64,000 nt of DNA, taken from assembly GCA_964252035.1 (NCBI GenBank), contig OZ176207.1. One strand, written 5' to 3'. Made by a program: the position numbers and the translations under genes. Position 1 is the stretch's first letter. Each line of letters starts with the position of its first letter. Under the pieces are notes generated by a model. That model was not told the origin of the DNA. It saw only the letters and a program-made list of their open reading frames with translations, and made no database searches. Positions 36,203 to 49,511 of the stretch are shown here, piece after piece. The DNA comes from Podarcis erhardii (taxonomy: Eukaryota).

Positions 36203-39200
36203 ATGTATAATAATCAGAGTCTATGTTCCAGTTGTGGCTATTTTTTCATCATGTTCTTGTTTTTCTTATTTATATATGGATCCAACAATTTAAATTCTTC
36301 TGGGCACTTGTCTCTCAGAGCACCTCCATATCTCACATTGATCATGTTGGCCTTCTGTATACTAATACTTCTGACAATAGTAAACACATAAAGTCAGAGT
36401 GACAATTGTCTACTCTTTTATATGTTCATATGTGGGGCAGCCACAGCCTAATCAGAGTTCTTAAGAGCATACACACTGGTGTTTAATGATGTGTGTCTGT
36501 TGTTCACACTTAGCGGTTGTGTTTTCTAAGAGTATCTGCTATGTAAAGCGCAGAGCTCTTCTCAATTGTAGCATCTCAGCCAAGTTAGATAAAGACTTCT
36601 GACTGACAGCCCTCATCAGTTGCAAGGCCTCTCTTTGTCACCAACCTTATTGCCAGTATATCGGCTTTGATTAGAGCTCCAGCATTTGTTACACTGATAG
36701 TTCAAAGATTCTGTTTCTCCCCATTCTACGGAGCAGAATGTAAAGTGAATGGAAAATGCTCTCCTTTCTGCAACACCAGCTGAATGCATTTTAATAGGCT
36801 CCAGTGTCACTTGTGATTTATGGCCCCTTTTTGTTCTTTTATGTGTTATATTTGTCATTTTCTCTGTGGCAGTTTCATCTATAAAACAGTATTGTTACAA
36901 GAAAATGTTAAGAGGATATACGTAGAAATTGCCACAGGAGCTGCTCCTTTTAAGCAACCCCCCCTTCCCCTCTGACCCCATCTGCAGGAGCTGATCGCTT
37001 CTCCCACCTTGCTTTATTTTTGCAGCGAAAACATGGGGTCACATAGGCAGTATTCTCTCTGAATGGGAGTACGTACACGTTAAGCATGTCTGTCAATGTG
37101 CAGCACAAATAAATAGCTACATTAAGTGAATAATTTAGGATAATAGGAACAGAGCATCTTCTCCTGATGGTGACAGACTCCATAAATACTAAAAGACCGC
37201 AAAAGGAACAAACCTGTTCCAATTGTATGCAAATAGGGAAGTGATAAGGAATCTTTTCAGTGGTATATTTAGACTGCTCTATCAGTATTTTGAAAAAGGA
37301 GCTAGATATTTAATCACAATTACAATAAGAACCAGTGGTCAAGAGTTCCAAAACTGAATTCCGTCCTATGGTTATCTTTCTGATTGTTGTTCTGATTACT
37401 GATGCAGCATGAGCTGCAATTACAGAGCTGTTGCCAAGATGGCTGCTGCTTTGTTCCATGTCACTGTTAATTATTTCTCCGTGTTGCTTTGTTATGATCA
37501 TATTTTTAGACTGTACATTGCCTTTTTACTGAAGTGTGTCTTTTAAAGAACTGTTGGTAGTTGATCTATTTTGAATTAATAGAGAGGATGAAGACCTAAA
37601 GTTGATTCTATCTTTGGAAGATTACTGGTGCTCAAGTAAAGGCCACATTGTAAGCAAAAAAAATCAAACCCACTTTGTAATCTGAGGAAAAAATTATACA
37701 ACTGTGCTAATTGTCTCTGTGTGCACCTCAACACTGTTTTAGAAGCTTCAGAAGAGATTATTATTATAAGTGTAGAAATTCTATTTATGGTTCAGACCTT
37801 CAGGTATCACCTCACAATCATTGTAAAACAAAGTGAATCTGAGTTTTCTTCAAGAAATAAAATAAAATATATGTATACTGTGGGCTGTTTAACTATGAAT
37901 GCCACTCATTAAGACAAGATTCCAAAAACTGGTTTTTGAACAAACAGTGGTTCATCCATCATTCACAGAACTAGAACAGACAGTTTTTCTCCATTTGATT
38001 CTCACCACTGTCATGCTCTGTGAACTAACTTTTGCTGCAAGAAAACTGCTTTTCTGAATGCACCCTACATTTTTGCTAGTTCCATGTTAGCTATGATGTC
38101 TGTGTGGCAGCCAAAAGCATTCTAGCATAAGTTTCTTGGCTGTCTGTTTTCCTTCCTGCCTAATGATTGGGAACTATTCTATGCAAATGGTAATCTAGTG
38201 CAACAAATTCCAGTGCACAGCCAGTTTCCATGGGCTTATGAAAGCTGGTTGTGTTCCTTTGCTTTGAGACACAGGAAATGCATTTTTATGACTATTCATT
38301 CAAGTATTTCCAGCTCAAAACTGATTTCAAATTACATATGAAAATCTGATCAAACCATTTTGGTATAATTGCCCATAAGATGTATGCTTTTAAAAAGTTG
38401 AACTATTTTAATTCAGGAAAGTAATTCAGAAAAAGCTTAAGCCAATGAATATTTAGAGCACACTTCATTAGATGCATGAAATGCTGTCCTGAGTTACTAG
38501 TTTTAATATGCACACATACAAACACAAACATCCCAGTGTGGGAGGGAGGATTATAATCAGTAGAACTAAAAGGCCATGACATTTCTGTGCAAAGTTAAAA
38601 TGTATACAAGATAAGAACAGTGAGCATTCACAGCAACCATAATTAGTGATAATACAATCATCCTAGCTTTTTATGCTAATTTAACACCTGTAGTGGGGAC
38701 ATGAAAAAACCTTGGTTCCAATTAAGTTTTAAATAAATACAATTACACATAGCTAAACTCTAGTTTGGCACTTTGATGCTGGAATTTCTCTCCTCATTTG
38801 AAATTCTTTGGCTGAAGAATGATGACACTTTGGTCAGCAGCAGTATGTCATAAGAGACTGAAATGTTCTCCCTTTAGTTTCTGAATGTCCAGTTATTCCA
38901 TTCTGTAGAGAGTAGAGACTGACATTGTCTGTTCTATGTAGACAGAAGCTAGACATAGTTGGCAGGTAATGGCATATATCATGTCAGAGGAGCCTATTGT
39001 GTCATATAATATCATTGTCTGAGTAGATATGGGAAAAGAGTTAGGGTCTGGATTTGTAGCATTACTTTGTTCCACCTCAGACAATGATTCAAAATTGAAA
39101 TAAAACTGTGCCACAAATGCCATTTTAGCTCATTATTATGGATAAGTTTTTTAAAAGTTAATTGAGGAAATGTGAGTTTCCATGGGCACAGCAGTGCAGT

Positions 39201-39989
39201 TTCTATCAAATTTGAAAAGTTTGTGCCATCTGTGTGGTATAGGCTGGCACTCAGTCTCATTTTAAAAATGTCAGCTTCATTAGCAATTGCAAACACAAGA
39301 ATAAAAATATGAGCTAATGTCTCAAAAAATGCATGGCCTGAAATTAATTTTAGAAACAAATGATATATCTGATACTAATTTCAAAAGCCAATGGTATTTA
39401 AGTTACTAAAATAAAATGAGAAAAATATGTTTTTATATATAGAAAATAAAACCATTACTTTACATCTCTCCCTTCATAGAGAACATATACATATAAACAA
39501 GACATGAAACAAAATTTGAATTTCTGGTCTTTGTGGTGCTGGACAAGGAGGTTGTCAAGTCAAAATTTCAAAATGCTTAGGTAGATATAAATGAGAGGTC
39601 TTATTGTACTCTGTGGAGCAAGACTGTTTTGAAATGGAGGAATGCAATGAGGGTTTGTCTGTCCTTTTAAACAAGAGAGATACAGCTTTAACAACAACAG
39701 ATGCATAGCCCTTTAATAACAGAGGGTATTGCCTTCTACAGTAACTTGACAACTGATGTGTGTTAAGCAATGTGTGTGTGCAACATACACAATTTAAAGC
39801 TGGACTGAAAAAGCTATACTTTTTCTGTGAATGTGTATTACTGTTGTCTTGTATTGCCAAGACAAAATGCATCCGGAGAGAGGTGTGGCTCCTCCTTTTC
39901 ATTTTCCCCATACTACTTTGCTACTAAAGGATGTGAAACTTGACCCACTGCCTCCTCGGTTAGGGCCGGTACCCTCAGCTAGGCATCAG

Positions 39990-40608
39990 TGTCCTGGGCC
40001 TAATGGAGACAGCTTGGCAGCACTGATAAGAGAGGGAGGAGAAATGGGACAAAAATGCAGAATTGGATCCTAAGGAGGGGTCCAGTTCTTTGGGAAGCAC
40101 TGATTAGATGCTGGGGAGGAGCCACGTGGGTTGTCAGAGGAGGAGCATTGACATTGGATACCCCAGCCGCCACAATAGAACCACCTGACTTGCCTAAGGT
40201 GCCGCCTCCGGTCAATGAAGTGAGGCTAGAACAGACAGTGAGCTGGCCATGTCAACTCTGCCTCCATTGCCAAGGACATGGCACCAACTATGCCGGCACG
40301 AGCAGACTCGTCCTACTCGTAGGAGTGCCTTCTGGCTTGTTCAGTCCTCAGGATCAGGAAAACAACAGTGCAAATTACTATTCCTACCCTGCTCTTCAGA
40401 AGAAGAGCCTGGGGGCATGTCAGGTGTTGGGACAAGGCCTTAACTTATGCCTAGCCATGTAGAGCTCTGCTGTGACTTCTCAACCACGTAGACTGTAACT
40501 TGATCTGTGTTTGGGTGCTGTAGTGAATTTTGGAATAAAGCCTTCAATAATAATAACTGAGTTGAGAGTCCAAGTACTGAGTTCATGAGTCAAGTCAGGG
40601 TCAGGACA
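39990..40608 (+). mobile_element. Solo LTR (619 bp; Gypsy or ERV type)
   Basis: 7-bp terminal inverted repeat tgtcctg...caggaca, 4-bp flanks tcag/gcag (3/4) and AATAAA at 40534-39. Confidence 0.8.
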
Positions 40609-41379
40609 GCAGAGGATTTTCAAGGGGCTTTTTTATACTCCTTGAAAATCCATTGACAGCAAAAATCAGACCTCGTGAACATTTGATGCAGCACTATTGA
40701 CTTGATGTTGGCCTTGGCCTGATTCATATCTTTTCCAAGTATACTGTCCTGCCTTTTGACTCATCTGAGCCCTCTGCTCAGACTTCATTACTTTGTTTCC
40801 AACTTCATCTAATCCCAGCCACCCTCTCCTAGGAATGCCCTTTGACAGCAATATTTTTCTGGTGACTGACAGGCCTTTGGCCTTTGCCACAAGATCCTGG
40901 CTGTATCCAGCATTGGGGGGGGGGGGGGAGAATCAAGAAAGACATTCTAAAACAAAGCTTCAACCTATCTTTAGTAACCCATGCCTCTCTGGGATAAACT
41001 GGAATTCTTTCTGAACTTACTGCTTGGGGGAAGGCGGTGGGGTGCATAGCAACCCAGCATTAGAACAGAGACACACAGAAAAGCATTAACTAAGACGCAC
41101 CAACAGTATTTTTCAAAGAAAACTGCAGCAAACATGGGGCATTATTATTTTGCTCGGGAAACAGATTCTTAAGAGACATTTCCTGTTCTTTTTAAATGAT
41201 TTTTTTTAATTTTCCAAATAAAAGTTATACAAAATTCTGCAAAATGCAGAATCTGATGACAGTATACATAGTTCATAGACAATTATAGATTGGTTTTATT
41301 ATATGCCTGTTTTGGTTTCACAACAAACACTTTGACATTTTCAGCAATAGGGTGAATTTTTACATTCTTTTTAAATATT

Positions 41380-41540
41380 TAGCAGAAGTCACTATAATGT
41401 AATAGGGTATTGGTCTTGGATTGAAAAGACCCAGTTTCAAATTGCTGTTCACCCCTGAAACTCACTGAGTGACTTTGGGTCAGTTATTCAGCCCTCATAC
41501 ATCTATCTTGCTATGATAAAAAAAATAGAAGAGGAAGACT
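41380..41540 (+). mobile_element. Degenerate Squam3/MIR-derived SINE
   Basis: acccagtttcaaat B-box-like motif, then aaactcactgagtgactttgggtcagtt. Confidence 0.55.
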
Positions 41541-42112
41541 GTGTGTGATTAGTGTGTCAGCTCAGAATCAAAAGGTAGCAGCTCATCATATTTCTAACTC
41601 TGGTCTTATTTCATACATTAAAAAAAGATAATCTGAGTTTGTAAATAATTTTGAAGATTACTTTGTTAATGCCAGTGCACATAGTCCATTATTATTATTA
41701 TTATCCAATATTCCAGACTGACTGAGTGTGGGTTAGACCAGCCCTGCAAAGCAGCACAGTGTTGCTATACCCATTTTGTTGAAGGGAGGGAGAAGGGAAT
41801 GAATGACAACCTTGCAATGTAGTCCAGCATTTGGACTTGGGAAATACAGTGGGGAGGGAATGCAGTGATGTTGGTTGTAGCTGCAGTACACTTAGGTGCT
41901 GGAGAAGGTGAGGAGAGCCAGGGAAAGAGCAGCTCCCTCCCTGGCTTCTGGAACACTGTAATGTCATATTCCCACAAGGCACAAAGGAACTTGACGAAGT
42001 AATTTTCCCAGGGCACCTGAATCCTTAGTGTGGACATGAGGTGTCCTGGAAACAGCATGTCCCAAAGCTCCTTCTGTTCAAAATGTGGAAAACAAGCTGA
42101 GGATTCAGTCTG

Positions 42113-42325
42113 AAAGCCAGTTTGGCATAGAGGTTCCAGGATCAGGCTTAGGACCAGGGAGAATAGAGTTGAAATCCCAATTCAGCCAACTCACTGGGTT
42201 GCTTGCTCTCAGTCTAATCCACCTCACAGATTGATGTGAGGATAAAATGGGAGGAAAGTACACAACTCTGAACTCCTTGGAGAAAGGGTGGGATAAAAAT
42301 ACAACAAAGACATAAATAAAATAAG
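42113..42325 (+). mobile_element. Squam3/MIR-derived SINE
   Basis: tRNA-like head, ctcactgggt, cacctcacag..tgtgaggataaaatggg, gaactccttggagaaagg and an A-rich tail. Confidence 0.7.
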
Positions 42326-43854
42326 TATCCAGGGATCTTGGGAAAACTACATTTTCTAGAGGTATACTTCTTCATATTTCAATATGAACAAGAGAAGAAC
42401 ACTCAGGAGACATGTTATTGTTTGATAATGTGATTATGACCTAGCCAAGTTCATACTCTGAACCAACTAGATTTGGTGGCATCACTAATCGTAATTGTGA
42501 CCACATAGGTGGAAAGCCAAAACACTTTTAAAGCAACAATGACTGAAATCCAAGCCATATCCATTTTTTTTAAAAAAGGAATAATAAAACCAGCACAAAA
42601 CATTATGTTAAGCAGATCAAGAATGAATGGTAGTTACTTTTTGGTGGATATGCAGATGTGCTATTTCATCATCTTTATGCTTCTGTAAATTGTTTATTTT
42701 GTTGGCATCCAGATCAACCAAACTAAAAAATCAGAGCTGTCAGAATCCTTAATCTGATTTACAGTTTGCAGCAGCTTCCATAATACTACGCTGCTTTTGC
42801 CAGGGGTGTTTTCTCTCCAAGATTTTAGGGTGGTGTTGGCATAGGGCTCATTCTGGCTACTGCTCTCCTGGGCCATCTGGCTGTGAGTAATGCGTGCTGA
42901 TCCAGTTCAGTGGGTGCTCTTGCATCTTGCCCTTTCAAGGGCTTGAGGTGAACTCAGATGCATTTGGCTCTCACAATCTCTACAGCAGGTTTAGAAACTA
43001 GATGTACCAGTGAATGGGTGGTGTGTGCATGCTGATGGGGCGGGGTGGGGATAGAATACTCCCCCCTCACACAATCACACATCCTTTCTCTCACACCCAC
43101 AGATGTACACCCACTCATAGGTATGTGCATAGACACACAGTCTTCCAGTTTCTTTCTTTCATTCTCAAACGCAGACACAAACTTCTCCCTCTCTCTACCC
43201 CAGACACATACTATGACCTATCCCCGCTTCCCAGCTGCATGAGGATAAATTTGCTGCATGCTTTCCTGCACTTCTAATTAGGGACGTGAAAAGTATTTGC
43301 TTTCCATTCTGCCCTATGTTTGTTGTATGCATCGCTATTTCTGTTCCACTATAGTTTGTCTTCCACCAAAAATGTTATTCATCTCATTGTGCACAATGGC
43401 AAAATTACATAACTTACGTGATTACTTAGGTAATTTATGTAATTAATTACACTGTTTTTACATTATCCCACTTCATTTCAGTGCAAAGGAAACTCAACAC
43501 AAATGGGGGAAGAAGTATTGACTAATGTATCTTTGCGAACTGAAAGGAACAACAGCAAATACTGGTTGTCTTTGCTGGGTTGATTTTCATTCCAGACATG
43601 GGATGAAGAAGTGGACACTGACATTTTCTGTTTCCATTGCCACTTTTTTTCTTTTTCCTTTTCTTTTACAATTCTCTAACATTCTTACTCCTGAAAGCTA
43701 AAATTGTTATTCCTGCACTGCTGTTAGCACAGAGATTGCAATATTTGTTATATCAGGTGCGTAGGAGGGCAGGTTAAACCTGCACTTATCAGAAATCCTG
43801 AAGCAGCTAAGCTTGCTGGTCACACGCTGATTAGCAGTGCAGGAAAAGCTTGTA

Positions 43855-44163
43855 CAGTGGTGCCTCGCAAGACGAAAAGAATCCGTTCCGCGAGTCTCTT
43901 CGTCTAGCAGTTTTTTCGTCTTGCGAAGCAAGCCCATTGACGGCTTAGCGGATTAGCGCTATTAGCGGTTTAGCGGCTTAGCGGATAAGCGGCTTAAAAA
44001 AAGGGGGGAAGGGGAAAAAAACCCGCAGGAACTCGCAAGACATTTTCATCTTGCGAAGCAAGCCCATAGGAAATTCGTTTTGCGAAGCACCTCTAAAACA
44101 GAAAACTCTTTCGTCTAGCGAGTTTTCCGTCTTGCGAGGCATTCGTCTTGCAGGGCACCACTG
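43855..44163. mobile_element. Tc1/mariner MITE family C (309 bp)
   Basis: TIR cagtggtgcctcgcaagacg...cgtcttgcagggcaccactg with TA on both sides; repeated tcgtcttgcga subterminal motifs. Confidence 0.9.
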
Positions 44164-47100
44164 TATTTTCCCCAGTGCCCATCTGATGGCTGATTAGCTG
44201 GACAGTGGGGGAAAGTGGACACGGTTTTGTTGGCCACACTGAGAGCAGCTGCTCATGTGGCCCACAAGCCTTGAGTTGCCAACATGTCCTCTGTAGGGTC
44301 CATTCTGTTCTCTCTGCTGAGTAACCTTGAAAGCTCCCACTCTTTCCTTGTGTTCAAAGTTGTGAAATACTCCCCTGCCTGTTGCCATTAATGAATGCAA
44401 CCTCTTTAGGATTTAGGACCTCTCAGCACCCGCTGACTGTGAATACAGATTAGCCCCTTGAACTGATGCCTTGATTGAACTCTTCAGCATTTGACCCAGT
44501 TTCTGCATCAAACACACCTCAGCTGCAAGGGCAGAGGATCATACTCCGCTGAGAAATGGAATCATGCCAAGTCTTTAAGGCAGAACTGAATGTCTTCCCT
44601 GTCTCTTTTCCCATCCTCTTTCATTGTGGCAAATTCCTTGAATTAGATAATCAAAGGCAGAAGCGCACCACTATTTGACAATTTTAGTCCTGTCCTATTT
44701 TGCATGATTCCATGTTCCTAATCACAATGCAGCTGTCAAATACAGGGTATAACATTTCATTTCCCTGACCTTATCTGCAATATGAGTTAAGGGTGAGTGC
44801 TGAAAAGTGATATTACTTGGATCCTGCTGCCTGCATAATAATTTGATTGCCGGCCTCTTAAAAGTATGAGTTTTTTGAGCCTGTGATCATTTACTTTGCT
44901 CTCAGGAGGAACAGATGGATATTTACCAGTTTCTATATTACAAAGGTCAAGAGTTAGCGCTAAAAAAAGAAATGGAGAAAATAAAAACCATAATGGGCTA
45001 GTTCGTAACAGGAAAAGTAGATTCCATTGGTAACTCAGTTTTGCTATGACTTTTTTCTTGGGTGTTTTAAAACTTTGCCATTATATTATTTGATCAGAAG
45101 AACATCTGTTTAAAAAGCATCCAAATGACGCATTGAGCAAATGCATATAAAGCCAACAACAGTGAAGAAATTGCCCCAGCTTCTGGTCAGACTTAAACGA
45201 GAAATTGAAGTGAAACCAGCATGTTCTGATAAAGGAAAGGATTATTGAACTAAGTGGCACCATGGAGGCGGGGGGAATTAGCAGCTTTTATGTCTCTACA
45301 CAACAGACCTGATTTTACTTTTATACATGTTTTTTCACACTTATGTGAAGGTTACAATGAAAAATGTATAATTAAATCTAATGAACTAAACTGCAATCCC
45401 CTTAAATTTAATGTAGCTTATTCCCAGATAAGTGGGGTTAGGATTGGAGCCTTAGTTATTTACTTTCAAAAGAAGTAATATGAAGTAATTTTTCCTAGCT
45501 CATACAAGTTATCATTTGCGCTACAATTCAGCCCATAGCTATATACACTGAAGTTGTATTTGTTTCAGTGGGTTTACTGATTACTAGATTGTAAACAAAA
45601 CTGCATGATCCTATGAACTGCTTTGTAGGTACAGCTGATTATATTGTAGGTGCAGCAGCTCATGAGATCAGGTAGGCTTGAAGCCACAGTTGATTGCTAA
45701 TTATTTTACCAGGATTAGCTTCATTGGTGGCACTTAAATTGTAGATGCTTGCCGACCTGTCCTTGCAGAGGCATAAATATAAAGGAACATGGGGGATGTG
45801 CAAATCCCCACAATGCTGATGGCCTTCTGAATTCAACTTTGTCATTGGAGGCCTAGATGGCCTGATAGAAGGAGTGCCTTCTGTCAGCTTTGGCTGGTAT
45901 TAAAGCTGCCAGTGTTCCTGGACAGGGATAGCTTGGCCACAGTAGTCTAGGTACTGGCAACTTCAATACTATTATTGCTCCCTAGTTAGGGATTCTCTTG
46001 TACTTGGTCTGGAAACTGCAGCTAGTGCAGAATGATGCAGCATGATCGCTGACGGGAGTGAAACCTTGTCAGTGTATTATACACTTCCAAAAGATCAACA
46101 ATGGCTGCCAATTTGTCACCAGCCCACATTCTATTCAATATGTTGCTATTATCCACTTAGGGCCACTGTTTTGAAGGATCACCTTACCCTATACGGACAC
46201 CCCCTCTATGCTCACTCAATTACTTCAGTCTGTAGAAAAGGCCGTTTTATAAGTGCCATATGCTGTTCATTCTGTACTTGGGAGGAATCGATATTTTAGT
46301 ATGGCATTGCCTGTGCTTTGGAGCTGCCTGTCTATCAGTATCAAAAAGGTCTCTTTGTTTTACTGTTTTTGATGCCTGCAAAAACCAGAATTGGCACTCA
46401 TTGCTCTGTTCAGTTTTATATCTTGCTCTGCCTGCCGCTGGCTTGTGGTGGCCCCTGGAAAGTTGTACAGAATTGAATGTGGCCTTCGGGTTGAAAAAGA
46501 TCCCTCACTCCTGCTCTTGAGGAACTGTACCAAAACTGGCATCAAGGTCAGGGTGAATAGAAGTGACTTTATTCTAAAATGCCTGGCAAATTAGTCCCAG
46601 CAGAGTCCCCGTGTAGGATGTTGTTTTAACATCCACTGAAGACATTTTTAGTTTAAACAGGCATTCCCTCAAGTGTGATCCAGCCATTGTATGGAATATT
46701 AATTGTACATCTGTAGAAATAGTGAGTTGTGGGGTTTTTTAAGAGTTTGCATTTAAAAAAATAAATCTCATTTTATCTTTTTGTGCATCACTTTGATGGC
46801 CTCAGCCTGTAAATTAGTTTATAAATGTGTAAAACAAATAAATAAAGTAATAAACATGTAGAAAAGGACTGTTGAGAGTAATTTGATGTAGTGATGCTGG
46901 AGGAGTAAACATGTGCTACTGCCTTCAGTGTGGTATTAATGTGCTTTTGCTTGGGTTCAGAGGTATCCACTTCAACACTTGCACTATCTATGTTTTAGTT
47001 GTCTCTTTGCTTGTTTCATGGCCCCTAACTCCCTGGTAATCCAGAAAGCCAGCCAAACTCTACAATGTGGGAGATGATGCTTGTGAGTGATAGGCTTGTA

Positions 47101-47334
47101 CCAGCCCACCAGTGCAAGGATTTCTGATTGCATAACTAGACTTCCCCTGCTCTCCTTTCTCACACCTGCCCCCTAAATCTGTCCTGGGAGTTCTCCAGTT
47201 CTCCAGAGCAGATTTTGGGAGGGCGTGGGAGTTGGATACAATCCATTGTGGATACTTCCTCACCAGATGTTAGATGGAATAAAATTAATATGAAGGAAGA
47301 TAGAAGGATGCAGCTGCCAAAAAATGGAAAGTTA

Positions 47335-47445
47335 TGTAGGTTGCTGTGGGAAAACAATTGCAGGTGGGCAAAGTTGGGCTAGATCAACTCCTCCCAGTTC
47401 ACCCTCCCAGGTTTTAGTTATACATGCCAGGTTGACCCCTTCCTC
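47335..47445 (-). mobile_element. L2/CR1 ORF2 apurinic endonuclease fragment
   Basis: Minus ORF 47332-47673 ends EEGVNLACITKTWEGELGGVDLAQLCPP, resembling the APE motif D.ACITETW of L2 elements. Confidence 0.7.
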
Positions 47446-48783
47446 CACCTTTAAATGGTTTGTGACATAGATGTTATTATAAGGGGAAGAACCACCCCAC
47501 TTGCCCTGTCTTGCTGATTTTGGCCTCACATTCCCTCTGTTTTCTGTTGGGCCACAGCAAAGTCCCAAAGTATGGCTACAGCTAAAAGGGGAAAGTACAT
47601 TATTAAGTTGGCTTTTGTGATATAAAATAGGAGGGATGTGTCCCTTCCACAGTAATTTTAAACATGAAGGCAAAAAGTGCTTCTATGTGTTGAAAGTAGC
47701 AATTTGAAAACATTTTGTGTATGTGAATCACAAAGTTAAGTCACTTGGGTCCAGTAATAAAATCTAACCTGCAGATCATCACTTCTTCATGCTCAACATA
47801 TATTTAAAAAAAACCTTGCTATATCAGCACCTTCCTTGCACTTCTCAAGCATTGACATGGCAAGCAAGGTTAGGAAGAATTGTGAGGTGTGTCATATCAG
47901 GCAAAGCATAAATGGTATGACAAATGTCACCCATTAGTGACACTTACTCCTAATTAGTGCTAGTGAGAGACCAAAGAAGTGCTTTCTCCAGTTTGGATAT
48001 TATGGGTCATCTTTGGGGATGATATATAATGCAGGGATTTGCACCAATGTAGAGAGATCATATATACTGTGTCTAGAGGGATGATCAAGTAGTGACCGGC
48101 TCGTTAATAGCCACCAAAATAGATATAGAAAGTTTTGTTTGTGGCAACCACTTCGTAAAAATTCAGCTATAAACTTTGACAGTAGGGGTTTTGGAAATCT
48201 GACCCTTGTTTGTCTGAGTGAGAATTTGAGTACCCTTGAAAAATTGGCATCATTTGATACTGAGCCATGAAAAACCCTCCCTGAGTTGATTATTCATTAC
48301 CATGGTTTCTAGGCAAATAAAAAAAAAAGTTAGAACTTAATCAGAGCTTTCAAAGACCTTGATGAAAACAGGAGTGTGCTGGTCCCCAAACGTTAAAAGT
48401 TTAATTACATTTCACTTGTTCCCCGCCCATACCCATGTCAATCCAAAGGAACTTTAATGAGGGAGATTATAAATCAGACTTGTTTCCAGGATTGTCTGTC
48501 TACCTTGTGAAGGTGACATGGTGCTTCAAATGATGAATACTGTCATATTTTGATTAAAAAGTCAGAAGTCCTTTAAGGGGGTCAGCATGGTGAATTGAAT
48601 AATGCATCCTTAACAGTTTTCATGCTAAAATTATTTACCGTAGAAAATGGATGTTTCATGAGACATGGATTCTGATGTTCCGTCACATTATACAGTAAAC
48701 AGAACAAACATTACTCTTTTTTTTGTAAAGAAGCGGCTATAAAAGCTGAAGACCATGGCTGCTGTAAGGCACTGGTTATCTCA

Positions 48784-48915
48784 NNNNNNNNNNNNNNNNN
48801 NNNNNNNNNNNNNNNNNNNNNNNNNNNNNNNNNNNNNNNNNNNNNNNNNNNNNNNNNNNNNNNNNNNNNNNNNNNNNNNNNNNNNNNNNNNNNNNNNNNN
48901 NNNNNNNNNNNNNNN
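48784..48915. other. Assembly gap (132 N)
   Basis: Run of n; true length unknown. Confidence 1.
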
Positions 48916-49378
48916 GTCTATTGTGTAAAAACAAAACAGTTGCTGGTAAAATGCATGGTAAATGAGCTTATCTCACATTTCCAGGTGTTTAAGCTAATAT
49001 GTTAAAGAATTACTGCTTCATTTATGAAAAATAATTGCAGAAAATGTTTCAGCAAATCAAATTTGGATAGGGGATTAGGATTGTTATTGTGTTTGTTAGC
49101 AAGTTTTTAAATAGCAAGGCCAACAGGGAGGGTAACACAGATAATAAAAATATAGAAAATTCGTATGTGAGAACAGGGTACAGTGTGGGTATAGCATCAG
49201 AATTTGGTTTAGGGTTATGAACAATTGGATTTGTCTCAGCGCATATGAATATATTATAAGAAATCAATGATTTGGTGTCTGCCAGCTTTGATGATGATTA
49301 TGATGATGTCAGATATTAGAAAAAACCATGCAATGGCTTAATTATTTTCTCCTCTCTTTTACAAATGTGTTTTTGTAG

Positions 49379-49511
49379 GTGCAGCAACTAGGAAACCAGA
49401 CCCTGAACCAGAGAATCAAACAGACCACACCGTTAAAATTGCTGGAGTAATTGCAGGAATCTTGCTGTTCGTTATTATATTTCTTGGGGTTGTGTTGGTT
49501 ATGAAGAAAAG
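49379..49511 (+). CDS. PTPRM: PTPRM transmembrane exon (133 nt): (G)[43 protein letters not shown](R)
   Basis: ttttgtag acceptor and AG|gtgagt donor. Encodes a hydrophobic helix followed by a KKR stop-transfer; phase 1 in, phase 2 out. Confidence 0.97.

Noticed and set aside
38819-38884. C/D snoRNA-like pattern (ATGATGA...CTGA...CTGA)
   Set aside because: No terminal stem and no convincing rRNA/snRNA antisense element.
49414-49422. N-glycosylation sequon NQT in the stalk (human has KQT as I recall)
   Set aside because: The Asn is only about 8 residues from the TM helix, below the 12-14 residue minimum usually needed by oligosaccharyltransferase, so it is probably unused.
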